Below are positions 1-9,788 of a stretch of 49,507 bases of DNA, piece by piece. The DNA is from an uncultured Myxococcales bacterium (GTDB lineage: Bacteria; Myxococcota_A; Polyangia; Palsa-1104; JAEUJZ01), in NCBI GenBank assembly GCA_937859535.1, contig CALLYL010000458.1, positions 1 through 49,507 of the forward strand. The letters run 5' to 3'. Below the pieces are notes generated by a model. The model was not told where the DNA came from and did no database searches. It was given only the letters and a program-made list of their open reading frames with translations. The position numbers and the translations under genes are program-made. Every line of letters begins with the position of its first letter. Position 1 is the stretch's first letter.

Positions 1-1
1 C

Positions 2-298
2 ATCGTCATCGAAGCCTGGGAGGGCACCCACAACGTGCTGTGTGCACAGATCCTCCGTGATCTACAGAAGTTCAAGCTGCACGACGCCTTCTTTGCGTTC
101 CTGGCCGAGCGCGCTCGGAGTCCGCAGTCGCAGTCCTTGATCACCGATTACCGTCGAGAAGTTGCGGTCCTACTGAGCCTTCCCGCAGACGAAGCGGCGC
201 TGCGTATTCGCGATGTGGTCGATCAGCTCATGCCGCTGTGGCAGAGAGTCTGTGTGGAACAATCGCTGGACCACACTGTGAACCCCGCACATACGTAG
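2..298 (+). CDS. acyl-CoA dehydrogenase family protein (AidB-like), C-terminal fragment; 5' end lies outside the window
   Basis: Frame 2 is open from nt 2. The translation IVIEAWEGTHNVLCAQILRDL resembles the xWEG(S/T)xNxxxLDVLR motif near the C-terminus of AidB-type acyl-CoA dehydrogenases. Stop TAG at 296-298. Confidence 0.5.
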   Translation: MVIEAWEGTHNVLCAQILRDLQKFKLHDAFFAFLAERARSPQSQSLITDYRREVAVLLSLPADEAALRIRDVVDQLMPLWQRVCVEQSLDHTVNPAHT

Positions 299-379
299 GA
301 GGACTCACACGTTCGTCTGCCCAAGCCGTTCGCACTACAGGGGTCCGATGGGCAACTCGTCAAAATAGGCCGCGATAAC

Positions 380-1720
380 TTGTTCATGGCCCTATTTGAC
401 CTCCGTCGGATCGATTCGATCTTCCAGCCACGGCAGCCTGCTGCCCACGCCCCAGAAGTTCATACGCCCACCCCAGTGGCGCATGCCCCAACCACCGATC
501 ATCCGCCGATCCCCAGGGCGATTCCGGTCACAGAGCCGAGCGCCGCGCAGGCTCCGGTCACCGCAAAGACGCCAGCTCCGGCCTCCGTCCAGGTGCCAAA
601 GCCGGCTCCGGTCCAGGCTCCAGCGCCCGCCCCTGTACAAGCTCCGGCGACCAGTGGACCCGGAGCCACAGACACCGCACCGGGTCAGACCGAGGCCGAG
701 AAGCACGCCCAGGTTACCCACCAAGTCGAAGCGCTCAAAGAACACAAGACCATCCTCAAGCCCGGACAGAAGGGGGCAGAGGTCATTGTCCTACAGCAGC
801 AGCTCAAGCAGCTTGGCCTGCATGTGGAACAGACCGGCGTCATGGACAAGTCCACAGAGGGCTACATCATGGCGATCCAAACCGGCGGAGGGCTCGGCGC
901 GGACGGAGTCGTTGGACCCAAGACGCTGGATCAGCTACTCAAACTCGATCAGGCGCCGGTCAAGCCCGTCCCAGGAAACGAAAAGGACAGTGGCACAGAC
1001 GACAACGTCGACCACATGCCCGACGATCCCAAGCTCGCGGCGGTCTATCTGTACAATCGGCAGCGAATCAAAAATGCCACCGATACCCTAAACCCCGCTC
1101 AGCAGCGCGACATGGAACAGTTCATCAAGAACTGGGACAAGAACAAAGCGCGTTATGAAGAGGTGGCGGCCAAGAACGGGATTCCGGCCAAGATGGTCGC
1201 ATCGCTGCACTGGCGGGAGTCGACCGGTGACTTCGGAACCTATTTGCACCAGGGGGATCCGCTTGGGAAGAAGGCCGTCAACGAGCCAAACTTCGATCAA
1301 GGTGTTCCGATCTTTAAGGAATGGGAGCCCGCAGCAGAGCACGCGATCGGAATGAAAAAGGGTGTGCAGAGCGCCTACAAGATCGATCAGAACACCACCG
1401 ATGAGGCAGCGCTGGCCAGCTATGCGGAGCGCTACAATGGGCTCGGCTATCACAACTATCACGCACAGGCGAGTCCCTACGTGTTCGCCGGAACCAATCA
1501 GTACGAAAAGGGCAAGTACCGATCGGACGGAGCTGGTGGTTGGGATCCAAACTACAAGGACACCCAGCTTGGCGTGGTCCCAATGATGCGCCACATCGAT
1601 CAACATGAAAAAGAGCTGGCGGCCAAAGCGGCAGCAGCCAAAAAGCTCGCCGAAGGAACGGCCCCCGCTGAACATCACGACGACAAAGCCGCCCCTCCCA
1701 ACCTGCACTTCACGCAGTAA
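380..1720 (+). CDS. peptidoglycan-binding domain protein with lysozyme-like C-terminal domain
   Basis: 446-aa ORF. It has a Pro/Ala-rich N-terminal linker (PAPVQAPAPAPVQAP) and a PG_binding_1-like segment (GQKGAEVIVLQQQLKQLGL...DGVVGPKTLDQL). The C-terminal LHWRESTG...YAERYNGLGY resembles lysozyme-family proteins. The start is uncertain. Confidence 0.6.
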   Translation: MFMALFDLRRIDSIFQPRQPAAHAPEVHTPTPVAHAPTTDHPPIPRAIPVTEPSAAQAPVTAKTPAPASVQVPKPAPVQAPAPAPVQAPATSGPGATDTAPGQTEAEKHAQVTHQVEALKEHKTILKPGQKGAEVIVLQQQLKQLGLHVEQTGVMDKSTEGYIMAIQTGGGLGADGVVGPKTLDQLLKLDQAPVKPVPGNEKDSGTDDNVDHMPDDPKLAAVYLYNRQRIKNATDTLNPAQQRDMEQFIKNWDKNKARYEEVAAKNGIPAKMVASLHWRESTGDFGTYLHQGDPLGKKAVNEPNFDQGVPIFKEWEPAAEHAIGMKKGVQSAYKIDQNTTDEAALASYAERYNGLGYHNYHAQASPYVFAGTNQYEKGKYRSDGAGGWDPNYKDTQLGVVPMMRHIDQHEKELAAKAAAAKKLAEGTAPAEHHDDKAAPPNLHFTQ

Positions 1721-1819
1721 CTGCGACTCGGGCCAGTCTTGGCAAAAAGAGACTGGCGCAGACCCCCTGCCTCGCGTTTTACTTATGCAATGTCCTACTT
1801 TTCTGTTCGCGCTATCCCA

Positions 1820-2452
1820 ATGCGCTCCGCGTTTTTGTCACGCTGTTTGGGCGTGCTGGTGATGCTGGGTGGACTCACCGCGCAGATTCCCCATGCGACC
1901 GCTAAACATCCCTTCCTGTCCGCCATCAGCGATGACCGAGCGTTGGCAACGTTTTCAGGAACAGAGTGGAGTGATGAGATCGGACCCAAGGAGCTACCCT
2001 TCAGCGCTCGGGTCGTCACCACTCGGGTCGCCAAGTTCTCTTGGGGGGAAGCGTACCAAATCGCCTTCGAACAAGTCCGCTCTCAGACCGGAAAGACGCG
2101 GACTCTGTCTCCGCTGTATTTTCTGACGACAGACAAAGAGATCATCCGAATCACCGCCGACAAGCCGGAAGAGCTGATTGCAAAGCTCAAGACAGGAACT
2201 GCGCCCCCTCCGTTTGAACCAAGCGCACTGTATGGACTGAGTCAAGGCACAAAGACCTACAAGGAAACGGCACTGACCGTCGCCAAGATCGTGGTCAAGG
2301 GAGATCGCTGCCGCTACACCTGGAACCACAACAGCGGTCACTTCACGACGATCGAATGGCAACGTGGCGTCGGACTCATCGAGATCTCGCAAGGTCGTGG
2401 AGCCCGCGCCGATGGCTATCGACTCAGGCGCGGGGTTGCACCGCTCCGCTAG
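1820..2452 (+). CDS. hypothetical secreted protein
   Basis: ORF 1739..2452. An internal ATG at 1820 gives the signal-peptide-like MRSAFLSRCLGVLVMLGGLTAQIPHATA. No family recognised. Confidence 0.45.
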   Translation: MRSAFLSRCLGVLVMLGGLTAQIPHATAKHPFLSAISDDRALATFSGTEWSDEIGPKELPFSARVVTTRVAKFSWGEAYQIAFEQVRSQTGKTRTLSPLYFLTTDKEIIRITADKPEELIAKLKTGTAPPPFEPSALYGLSQGTKTYKETALTVAKIVVKGDRCRYTWNHNSGHFTTIEWQRGVGLIEISQGRGARADGYRLRRGVAPLR

Positions 2453-2469
2453 GGAACGTCGACATGCTC

Positions 2470-2826
2470 CTAGGAACGGCTCACCGGGAGTCCCGCCGCT
2501 TGATGCGCCAGCATGCCTCCAGCCAGATTGTAGAGCTTGCGAAATCCGAGTCCCGCCAGTAGCTGCGCCGCCCGGGCTGAACGTCCCCCAGAGCGACACA
2601 CCAGTAGAATAGGTTGTTCCCGATTCCAGCTTGCTGCGACCGCGCCGAGCGTGGCCAGCGGCACCAGCTCGGCACGCGGCATATGTCCCAGCTCACCGGT
2701 AAACTCCGCAGGCTCACGCACGTCGATGACGCGGTCGTGGTAACCCGCTCTCACCACATCGGTTGGCGATACATCCCGATAGCCTCCGGGCTGCGCCACT
2801 GAGAGCGTTTCGATCGAATGGCTCAT
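2470..2826 (-). CDS. rhodanese-like sulfurtransferase domain protein
   Basis: Active-site loop CRSGGRS. I moved the start to ATG 2826, which is preceded by GGAG. The longer ORF start at 2868 is less likely. Confidence 0.75.
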   Translation of the reverse strand: MSHSIETLSVAQPGGYRDVSPTDVVRAGYHDRVIDVREPAEFTGELGHMPRAELVPLATLGAVAASWNREQPILLVCRSGGRSARAAQLLAGLGFRKLYNLAGGMLAHQAAGLPVSRS

Positions 2827-2887
2827 CTTCTCCACTCCTATACCTTGTGCGACTCCTGACTTGACCAAGCGGTTCCTTGTGAAGCCC

Positions 2888-3790
2888 CTACTTCGCGGGT
2901 TGCTCGGGCGGACCCCCGCTATCTGCCGTTGGCTGTTTCAGATTGATGGGAATCTGAAGATAGCGGATTCCGTTCTTTTGCGGAGCTGGCAACCGCCCAG
3001 CATCAACATTCACTTGCACGCTGGGATACAGCAGACGGGGTGGTGCAAGCGTCTTGTCACGACTCTGTCGAAACGAGACAAACTGCTCTTTGGTGGTATC
3101 TGCTTTGATGTGAATGTTGGCTTGTTTGCTCACGCCAATCGTCGTCTCGTAGCGAAGCGGACGGCCTCCTGGTTGATAGTCGTGGCCGACGAAGACTCTG
3201 CTGGAATCGGGCTGAGCATAGAGCTTGTCAGAAATGGAGTGATACAGTTCCTCGGCACTGCCGGCCGGAAAGTCACAGCGGCCCGTTCCGTAGTCTTCAA
3301 TAAACAGCGCATCGCCGGTAAACAGCGCATCGCCGATCTTAAAGGTTAGACACGCGGGAGTATGTCCCGGTGTTCCGATCGACTCCACAAGCAGAGTTCC
3401 GGAATGTAACCCTTCCCCATCGGCTAGGAGCCGATCAAACTGACTCCCATCGGTGGCAAAGCCATCTGGGAGTCCGAAGATGTGCTTAAAGACCGCTTGC
3501 ACTTCGGTAATTCGCTGACCAATCGCCACCTGAGCGCCAAAGCGATGCCGCAGAGACTGCGCTCCGGTCAAGTGATCGGCGTGGGCATGGGTCTCTAGGA
3601 TGTGACGCAGCGTCAGTCCTTCGGACTTGAGAAACGCGCTGACTTTTTCAACGGAGTCGAGCGAGGTCTGCGACCACTGCGGATCATAGTCAAGGACTGG
3701 ATCAATCACGACCGCATCATGACTGTCCGCGTCATAGACAACGTAGGTGAGTGTGAAGGTCGGCGGATCGAAAAAGGTCTGGATGCGCAT
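2888..3790 (-). CDS. MBL-fold metallo-hydrolase (ETHE1/persulfide dioxygenase-like)
   Basis: [11 protein letters not shown] metal-binding motif and later GHTPAC/GD motifs typical of the glyoxalase II/ETHE1 fold. It is adjacent to a rhodanese. ATG 3790 (MRIQTFFDP) is preceded by GGAG. Confidence 0.75.
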   Translation of the reverse strand: MRIQTFFDPPTFTLTYVVYDADSHDAVVIDPVLDYDPQWSQTSLDSVEKVSAFLKSEGLTLRHILETHAHADHLTGAQSLRHRFGAQVAIGQRITEVQAVFKHIFGLPDGFATDGSQFDRLLADGEGLHSGTLLVESIGTPGHTPACLTFKIGDALFTGDALFIEDYGTGRCDFPAGSAEELYHSISDKLYAQPDSSRVFVGHDYQPGGRPLRYETTIGVSKQANIHIKADTTKEQFVSFRQSRDKTLAPPRLLYPSVQVNVDAGRLPAPQKNGIRYLQIPINLKQPTADSGGPPEQPAK

Positions 3791-3916
3791 GTGAGAGTTC
3801 TCCAAAGGAAGCACCGGCGAACGCCGGATGACTGATTTGATTCGATGTATGAGCAACGCTCATGCCATCAACTACTTTCGACCGGCTCACTCGACGAAGC
3901 CCACCGCGCCAGGCCA

Positions 3917-6900
3917 CTATGTTTCAGGATGTTTCACATGCGAAACACCCGCCGTCCCAAGCAGCGTAAACAGGGCTGGAACCAAAAACAGAGACAAAAG
4001 GGTTGCCGTACAGAGTCCGCCCACCACCGCCAGTGCCAGCGGCTGGTTCGACTCTGCTCCTCGTTCTAGCCCGAGTGCGGTCGGAAACAGACCAATGATG
4101 GTCGCCAAGCTGGTCATCGCGATCGGAATGAAGCGAACCCGTGCGGCACCGAGCACTGCATCGTGCGAGCTGTCTCCGCTCAGCACTCGCTGGTTTGCCG
4201 CATCGACCAGGAGAATACCATTTGAAACCGCGATTCCTACCACCATCAGGACTCCCATCAGCGCAGTAATCGAAAACCCCTGCCGGGCAATCAGCAGCGC
4301 CATCACGATTCCTACCAGCGCCCCCGGAATGGAGAGCAGCATGATCAGCGGCAGCCGCAGCGACTTAAACTGCGAGGCCATGATCATGAACACCACCATG
4401 ATCGCAAGTCCGATCGCTACCCCAAGTCCACTGAAGGTAGTGCGCATCAGCTCGACTTGTCCCACGAAACGGAACTTGATTCCAGCGGTGCTCGGCGAGT
4501 TGCGAAGCTTCTCCTCTAGCTCGCCAGATGCACTACCGATGTCACGCCCTTCCGTCTGCATATAGATTGTGGCGGCGCGTGCCAACTGGTTCCGTTCGAT
4601 CGCAATCGGCCCAACAGAGCGACGGATCCTTCCGTACGTTCCCAGTGCCACTGCGAGTCCCGATTCGGATACTCGCGCTGGCACCTGGGCAAGAAAATTG
4701 GGATCACGTACCGCACTGCTGTCATACGATGTGACCACGTAGTAGGATTGTCCGTTCTTGCCATCGACCCAGATTCCTGGAGCGTTGATGTTACCAAGCG
4801 TCGCCTCTAGCGTCGTCTGAGCGGCACTACGCAGATGCACCCCCATCACCCCCGCTTGGGTACGATCGAGTTCCATGCGCACCTCTGGATAATCGATCTG
4901 GAGCTGCGGAACGATGTCACGGATCGCAGGCACGGTACGTGCGACCTCGGCAATCGCCAGCAACTGCTGATGCAGTTCCTCCAGAGAATCCCCTCGGACT
5001 TCAACGACAATGGGAGCCCGATAGCCGTTCGAGAAAACGCTGGCAACTAGACCCCCTGGCCACTGCAAAAAGCTCACTCCCGGATAGGAACGGCTCAGGA
5101 TCGCTCGGGCCTGATCGGCAAGCTCGCGCTGGGAGTGCTTGCGACGCTCCGCTGGTGCCAGCTCCAGTCCCAGAAATCCCATGTGGGGACCAGCATTGGG
5201 ACTATTCATGGCCGCACGAGCATTCTGCGGTGACCCAACATTGGCCAACACCAAGGCGACTTCTCCCTGGGGTAGTTCTCGACGCAGCAGCTCTCCCATT
5301 TCCACAAACAGCCGTCGAGACTCCACCAGCGACATTCCTGGAGAGACTCGCACATAGATCCGTTCCATTCCTTCATCGATCTCTGGAAAGAACGTATTCG
5401 GAAGCAGAGTCGCAACGTATCCGCTCGCGGCGATGAGCGCGGCCCCACCCAGCAGCAGCACCGCACGGAACGGCAGCACTCGGCGTAGAATCGAAACATA
5501 GAACTCTGCCAGTCTGTTGATTCTCGTCTCAACCGACTTCGCCAACCGGCCCGGCTCCGCATGCCCGAGCAGATATCGACACGCGACCGGCGTGACCGTC
5601 ATGCTGATTGCATAACCCGCCGCCATCGCGGTTGCGACCGTCAGTGCGAGGGGAGAAAACAGCTTCTTCGCCAAACCCGAAAGCAGGAGCACCGGCAACA
5701 GCACCGCGATCGTGGTCAGTGTTGCCGCAAGCGCAGGCACAGCGACCGCATTGGTTCCATGCAAAACGGCCTCTTTGGTGCTGCGACTCCCATGACGATG
5801 CCTGTGCACAGACTCCAGCACCACCACCGAGATGTCCACCAGCGGTCCCATCGCCAATGTGAGTCCTCCCAGAGTGAATGCATTCAGGGTATTTCCGGTT
5901 GCATACAGGACCAGCAGAATCGTCGCAAACGCAATCGGAATCGCTATGATTGCGATCAGAACGGCACGTAGGTTTTGCAAAAACACCAAGATGACGATTG
6001 CGATCAAAAACAGTGACTGCACGACCTCTTTGCGGAGTCCGTGATAGCTGGTCCGCACAAACGTCGACTGATCAAAGATCGCACGAACAGATATTCCCTG
6101 CGGCAGATTCTGTTGCAGTTCAGCAACGGTCTGTTTGACCGAATCGACAATGGCCAGCGTGTTGCCTCCCGGTACACGCAGGACGTTTAAGTACACCGCC
6201 TCCTGCCGGTCCACCACGACAGCCTGGGTCTCAGGCCCACCACCATCTTCGATCCGAGCGACATCCCGAAGCAGCACCGCCTTGCCGTTGCGCTGCTTGA
6301 CCACCGCATCCCCGATGAGCTTCACCTGATCAGGAATCGCATTGGTGTAAACGTTTGCATCAAAGCGTGGAGAAATAAACTTTCCTGAGGGCAGTAGCGC
6401 AGTAGTCTGACCGACCACGCTGGCGACATCGGCTGAAGTAATTCCTCGCGATTGAGCCCGCACGGGATCGACGATGATGTTGATCTGACGCTGTCTTCCT
6501 CCGTTTGGCGAGGCGCTCGCAACCCCGGGAATTCCTTCGATCCGAGGCTCGATCACATTCTGGGCGTAGTCATACAGTTGCGGGCCCGTAATCCCTTCAC
6601 CCGCTATCGCAATCTGGATCACCGGCGCGTTCGACGGGTCGTACTGAAGCACAAAGGGAGGAAGGACTCCGAGCGACTTAGGAACGGCTGCCATCGCAAA
6701 CGCAACCTGCTGCTGCACGAGTGTCTGGGCAGAGTTCAGGTCGGTTCCCCACTTCAGCCACACATACACCACCGATAGATCGTTACGGGACATACTCTGT
6801 ACGTGATCGACTCCAGGGGTTGCACTGACGTACTTTTCGATGCGCCAGGTAATCGTCTTTTCTACATCCTTCGGACCCAACCCCGGAGCCAGCGTACCAA

Positions 6901-7033
6901 CGACCAACACCGGCGGAGTGAGCTCTGGAAAAGTATCAATTGGGAGACGAGGAACAACGACCGCAGAAAAGACAATCAGCGCGATTGCAATCATCAACAC
7001 CGCGATCGGATTCTTGAGGGATAAGTTCGTCAT
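3917..7033 (-). CDS. efflux RND transporter permease subunit (AcrB/CzcA superfamily)
   Basis: 1038 aa with RND-type hydrophobic blocks and large loops. The N-terminus MTNLSLKNPIAVLMIAIALIVFS is typical. The start overlaps the upstream adaptor stop as ATGA (7030-7033). Confidence 0.9.
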   Translation of the reverse strand: MTNLSLKNPIAVLMIAIALIVFSAVVVPRLPIDTFPELTPPVLVVGTLAPGLGPKDVEKTITWRIEKYVSATPGVDHVQSMSRNDLSVVYVWLKWGTDLNSAQTLVQQQVAFAMAAVPKSLGVLPPFVLQYDPSNAPVIQIAIAGEGITGPQLYDYAQNVIEPRIEGIPGVASASPNGGRQRQINIIVDPVRAQSRGITSADVASVVGQTTALLPSGKFISPRFDANVYTNAIPDQVKLIGDAVVKQRNGKAVLLRDVARIEDGGGPETQAVVVDRQEAVYLNVLRVPGGNTLAIVDSVKQTVAELQQNLPQGISVRAIFDQSTFVRTSYHGLRKEVVQSLFLIAIVILVFLQNLRAVLIAIIAIPIAFATILLVLYATGNTLNAFTLGGLTLAMGPLVDISVVVLESVHRHRHGSRSTKEAVLHGTNAVAVPALAATLTTIAVLLPVLLLSGLAKKLFSPLALTVATAMAAGYAISMTVTPVACRYLLGHAEPGRLAKSVETRINRLAEFYVSILRRVLPFRAVLLLGGAALIAASGYVATLLPNTFFPEIDEGMERIYVRVSPGMSLVESRRLFVEMGELLRRELPQGEVALVLANVGSPQNARAAMNSPNAGPHMGFLGLELAPAERRKHSQRELADQARAILSRSYPGVSFLQWPGGLVASVFSNGYRAPIVVEVRGDSLEELHQQLLAIAEVARTVPAIRDIVPQLQIDYPEVRMELDRTQAGVMGVHLRSAAQTTLEATLGNINAPGIWVDGKNGQSYYVVTSYDSSAVRDPNFLAQVPARVSESGLAVALGTYGRIRRSVGPIAIERNQLARAATIYMQTEGRDIGSASGELEEKLRNSPSTAGIKFRFVGQVELMRTTFSGLGVAIGLAIMVVFMIMASQFKSLRLPLIMLLSIPGALVGIVMALLIARQGFSITALMGVLMVVGIAVSNGILLVDAANQRVLSGDSSHDAVLGAARVRFIPIAMTSLATIIGLFPTALGLERGAESNQPLALAVVGGLCTATLLSLFLVPALFTLLGTAGVSHVKHPET

Positions 7034-8181
7034 TGCCGATCCTCCGAAGACCTGGCGATGTGGTTGAGGATGCGCTCACCATCTTGCAGCAGCGCACGAC
7101 CTTCAGTTACCACCGCAGAACCAGGCCGCAGTGCAGAGCGGATTACGAGCAGACGGCCCTCAGACTCACCGAGGATCGGAACCCGTCGCTTACGAGCCAC
7201 CTCACCATCCACGACAAAGATCGTTGCCAATTCACCACGCGTGGACGCGGCCAGTAGCGGAATTTCCGACGCTGCAAGCGGCTCACCCACGTTCAGGATC
7301 ACCTCTGCGGTCGTGCTCACCGGAATAGACCGCTTGGCATCCGGAAGGTCGATCTCGGCATGAATGGTTCGGGTCCCCGGTTCCGCAGCCGGGTTACGAC
7401 GCGCAATGCGACCCGTGAGCACTCCGCCAGTCGACAGCAGGCGGATCTGGGCCTTTCCGCCTACCGCAACTACGTTGAAATCGGTCTCTGGAACATCCAG
7501 CAAAATGCGTACCTGCTCGCGATCGATGATCGACAGAACCGATGCAGAAGGACGAGCAAAAGCTCCCGGATCTAACAAGCGATCTGCGACCTCACCATCA
7601 AACGGAGCCCGCAGCACACAATCATCGACCTCTAGAGAGGCTCTCGCCAGGCGTGACTTGGCGGCCAAAATCTCTGCCTGCTTGCTGGAGCTTTCGGCGA
7701 CGCGGCGGTCCATCTCATTGGGTGATACAAAGCCCAGCGAAAGGAGCCCTGACACCCGACTGGTTTCCTTCGCCAGTGCCTCCTGAGTAGCCGACAGCGC
7801 TCGTGCCTGCATCGACAGAGCCTTACTCTGTTCGGAGGCATTGCGACAGTCGAGAGTTGCCAGGACTTGACCGCGCTTTACTACATCTCCAGGTCGCACC
7901 AGCACCGTATCAACGTAGGAAGAGGTAAACTGCGGTCCCACGCGGGCCTCCAGCCATGGAGCGACGTATCCCACATATCTCCTCGATGGATGAAACAGCG
8001 ACTCCTTGGCGGTGACCGAAGTGACCCCCTTTGGCATGCTACTCAGCGCGACTTGATTCACCGATGAACGGGCTCGAACCACCAGCAAGAGCAAGGCGCA
8101 AAGGACCACCGCGCAAAACCCCAAAATGGCGAAAGGAACCCTCAATCGTAACGTAGGATGAGCGATGCTCGGTTCAGACAT
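7030..8181 (-). CDS. efflux RND transporter periplasmic adaptor subunit (MFP/HlyD family)
   Basis: 383 aa with an N-terminal TM anchor and coiled-coil/lipoyl-like segments (VRPGDVVKRGQVLATLD). It sits between OMF and RND genes. Confidence 0.8.
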   Translation of the reverse strand: MSEPSIAHPTLRLRVPFAILGFCAVVLCALLLLVVRARSSVNQVALSSMPKGVTSVTAKESLFHPSRRYVGYVAPWLEARVGPQFTSSYVDTVLVRPGDVVKRGQVLATLDCRNASEQSKALSMQARALSATQEALAKETSRVSGLLSLGFVSPNEMDRRVAESSSKQAEILAAKSRLARASLEVDDCVLRAPFDGEVADRLLDPGAFARPSASVLSIIDREQVRILLDVPETDFNVVAVGGKAQIRLLSTGGVLTGRIARRNPAAEPGTRTIHAEIDLPDAKRSIPVSTTAEVILNVGEPLAASEIPLLAASTRGELATIFVVDGEVARKRRVPILGESEGRLLVIRSALRPGSAVVTEGRALLQDGERILNHIARSSEDRQ

Positions 8182-8208
8182 GGCAACCTCAGGAAAGGAA
8201 GAGCGGCG

Positions 8209-9627
8209 TTACAGTCCACTAGCGATCGAACGGTTGAGCTGAGCGCGCGCTCTGGCGACCTCAAAGCGACCCATTACCATCTGCATCTCGGCCTCCGTTC
8301 GCAGCGCTTCTGCATCGGCCAGTTCGATGCTGGTGCTCAGCCCAACGCGAAACCTGGCACTGGCTTGATCATAGTTTTGTCGGGCAGCTTCTGCGGCAGC
8401 TCCCAGTGCCTCCAGAGATTCCTTCGCCATCGAAAAGGCGGTATAGGAGCGCTGCACATTCGCGAGAACCTGGCGACGCTGTGCATCCAGTTCGTAACGC
8501 AGCACGACCTCCTGAGCCTGGCTGTGCGCACGCCGCGCCAGAATCTGACCATCAAATACCGGTACTGACAGAATCACCCCAACATCCCAGTTGGGAACAG
8601 AGGGCATAAGCCCCGAGACTCCCGAGGGCCCTGCATTCGTTGGGGCCCCCCCTGCTCTTCCACTCAGCGATGCGGTTAGCTGAAGGGTTGGCAGCCACTG
8701 CATCGTGGTGGCTCGGATCGCCGCCTGTTGTTGCAACAGTCGTTGCAGAGCCACCTGTACCGCCGGGTCTTGCTCCATCGCTGTTCGGACCGCGTCTCCC
8801 AGAGGCAGCAGCAGTGGGTCGTGCATCTGCGGATCGGACTCCCTATCCACGGCATCCAGCAGCCGCTCGGGAACTCCTACCGCTGCCGCAAAGGTAGCCT
8901 GGGTCAGCTCGACATTGCCGTGCGCACGCAGCCGAGCGACCTCAAAGCGCGTTCGATCTGCTTCCGCTCGCGTCACATCAATAGCTGGGCGCAGTCCTCT
9001 CTGTACCCCAGCCTTTACCATATCTCGCCGGAGCGTAGCCCGCGCCTCGGCATCTGCCGCCACCGACTCAACCGCCTTCGCTGCCAGCACCGCATAGTAC
9101 GAAGTCTCGATTTGCAGACCCAATGCCAAGCGTTCCTCAATGACTCGATGTCCGGTGATCTGCACCTCCCTATCCACCACTTCGGCCTGCGTGGTCATGC
9201 GACCAAAGTCAAACAGGGTCTGCCGCAGACCGACGGCCACCAGGGTCGACGGATAGACATCGCCAAGGCCTATATCGGCACCACTCTTACTGGCACCAAT
9301 CCGTGGCAGATCAACCGATTTTGCGCCCAAGAACATGGCGGTGGTGTTGTTCATGGTGCCACCAAACATCTGCGCAGTAGCCCCTAGCTGTGGGAGCCAC
9401 TCTGCTCGCAACAAGCTCGCACTCCGCTTGGCTACTTCTACTCTGGCCTGCATCGCTTGAAGCGTTGGCTGATGGGCCCAGGCATAGAGCACGGCCTCAT
9501 GAGCAGACATCGCCACAAGACCGACAGGATTCTTGGATTCGGTAGGGGTCGCGCCTTCGGCAAGATCAGCAAACGCTACCGTCCAGATGCTGAAGAAAAG
9601 GAGCCTGAGAAGAGAAGATCGCATCAT
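8209..9627 (-). CDS. TolC-family outer membrane efflux protein
   Basis: TolC-like two-repeat helical/beta architecture. The signal peptide begins at MMRSSLLRLLFFSIWTVAFA (ATG 9627). It is the first gene of the OMF-MFP-RND operon. Confidence 0.75.
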   Translation of the reverse strand: MMRSSLLRLLFFSIWTVAFADLAEGATPTESKNPVGLVAMSAHEAVLYAWAHQPTLQAMQARVEVAKRSASLLRAEWLPQLGATAQMFGGTMNNTTAMFLGAKSVDLPRIGASKSGADIGLGDVYPSTLVAVGLRQTLFDFGRMTTQAEVVDREVQITGHRVIEERLALGLQIETSYYAVLAAKAVESVAADAEARATLRRDMVKAGVQRGLRPAIDVTRAEADRTRFEVARLRAHGNVELTQATFAAAVGVPERLLDAVDRESDPQMHDPLLLPLGDAVRTAMEQDPAVQVALQRLLQQQAAIRATTMQWLPTLQLTASLSGRAGGAPTNAGPSGVSGLMPSVPNWDVGVILSVPVFDGQILARRAHSQAQEVVLRYELDAQRRQVLANVQRSYTAFSMAKESLEALGAAAEAARQNYDQASARFRVGLSTSIELADAEALRTEAEMQMVMGRFEVARARAQLNRSIASGL

Positions 9628-9788
9628 ATCCGTACACCCACCCTGTCTGTTTGCACGGCGCATACCAGGAGAAGGAGGCAGCGCCATTGCGAACTCATCG
9701 TCACCAATCGTGCCCAAGAGCCGCACTTAAGACTACCGGTCGGAAAATTTTCCACAGACTCCTTGGAATATTTCCCGAACTCCCTAGG

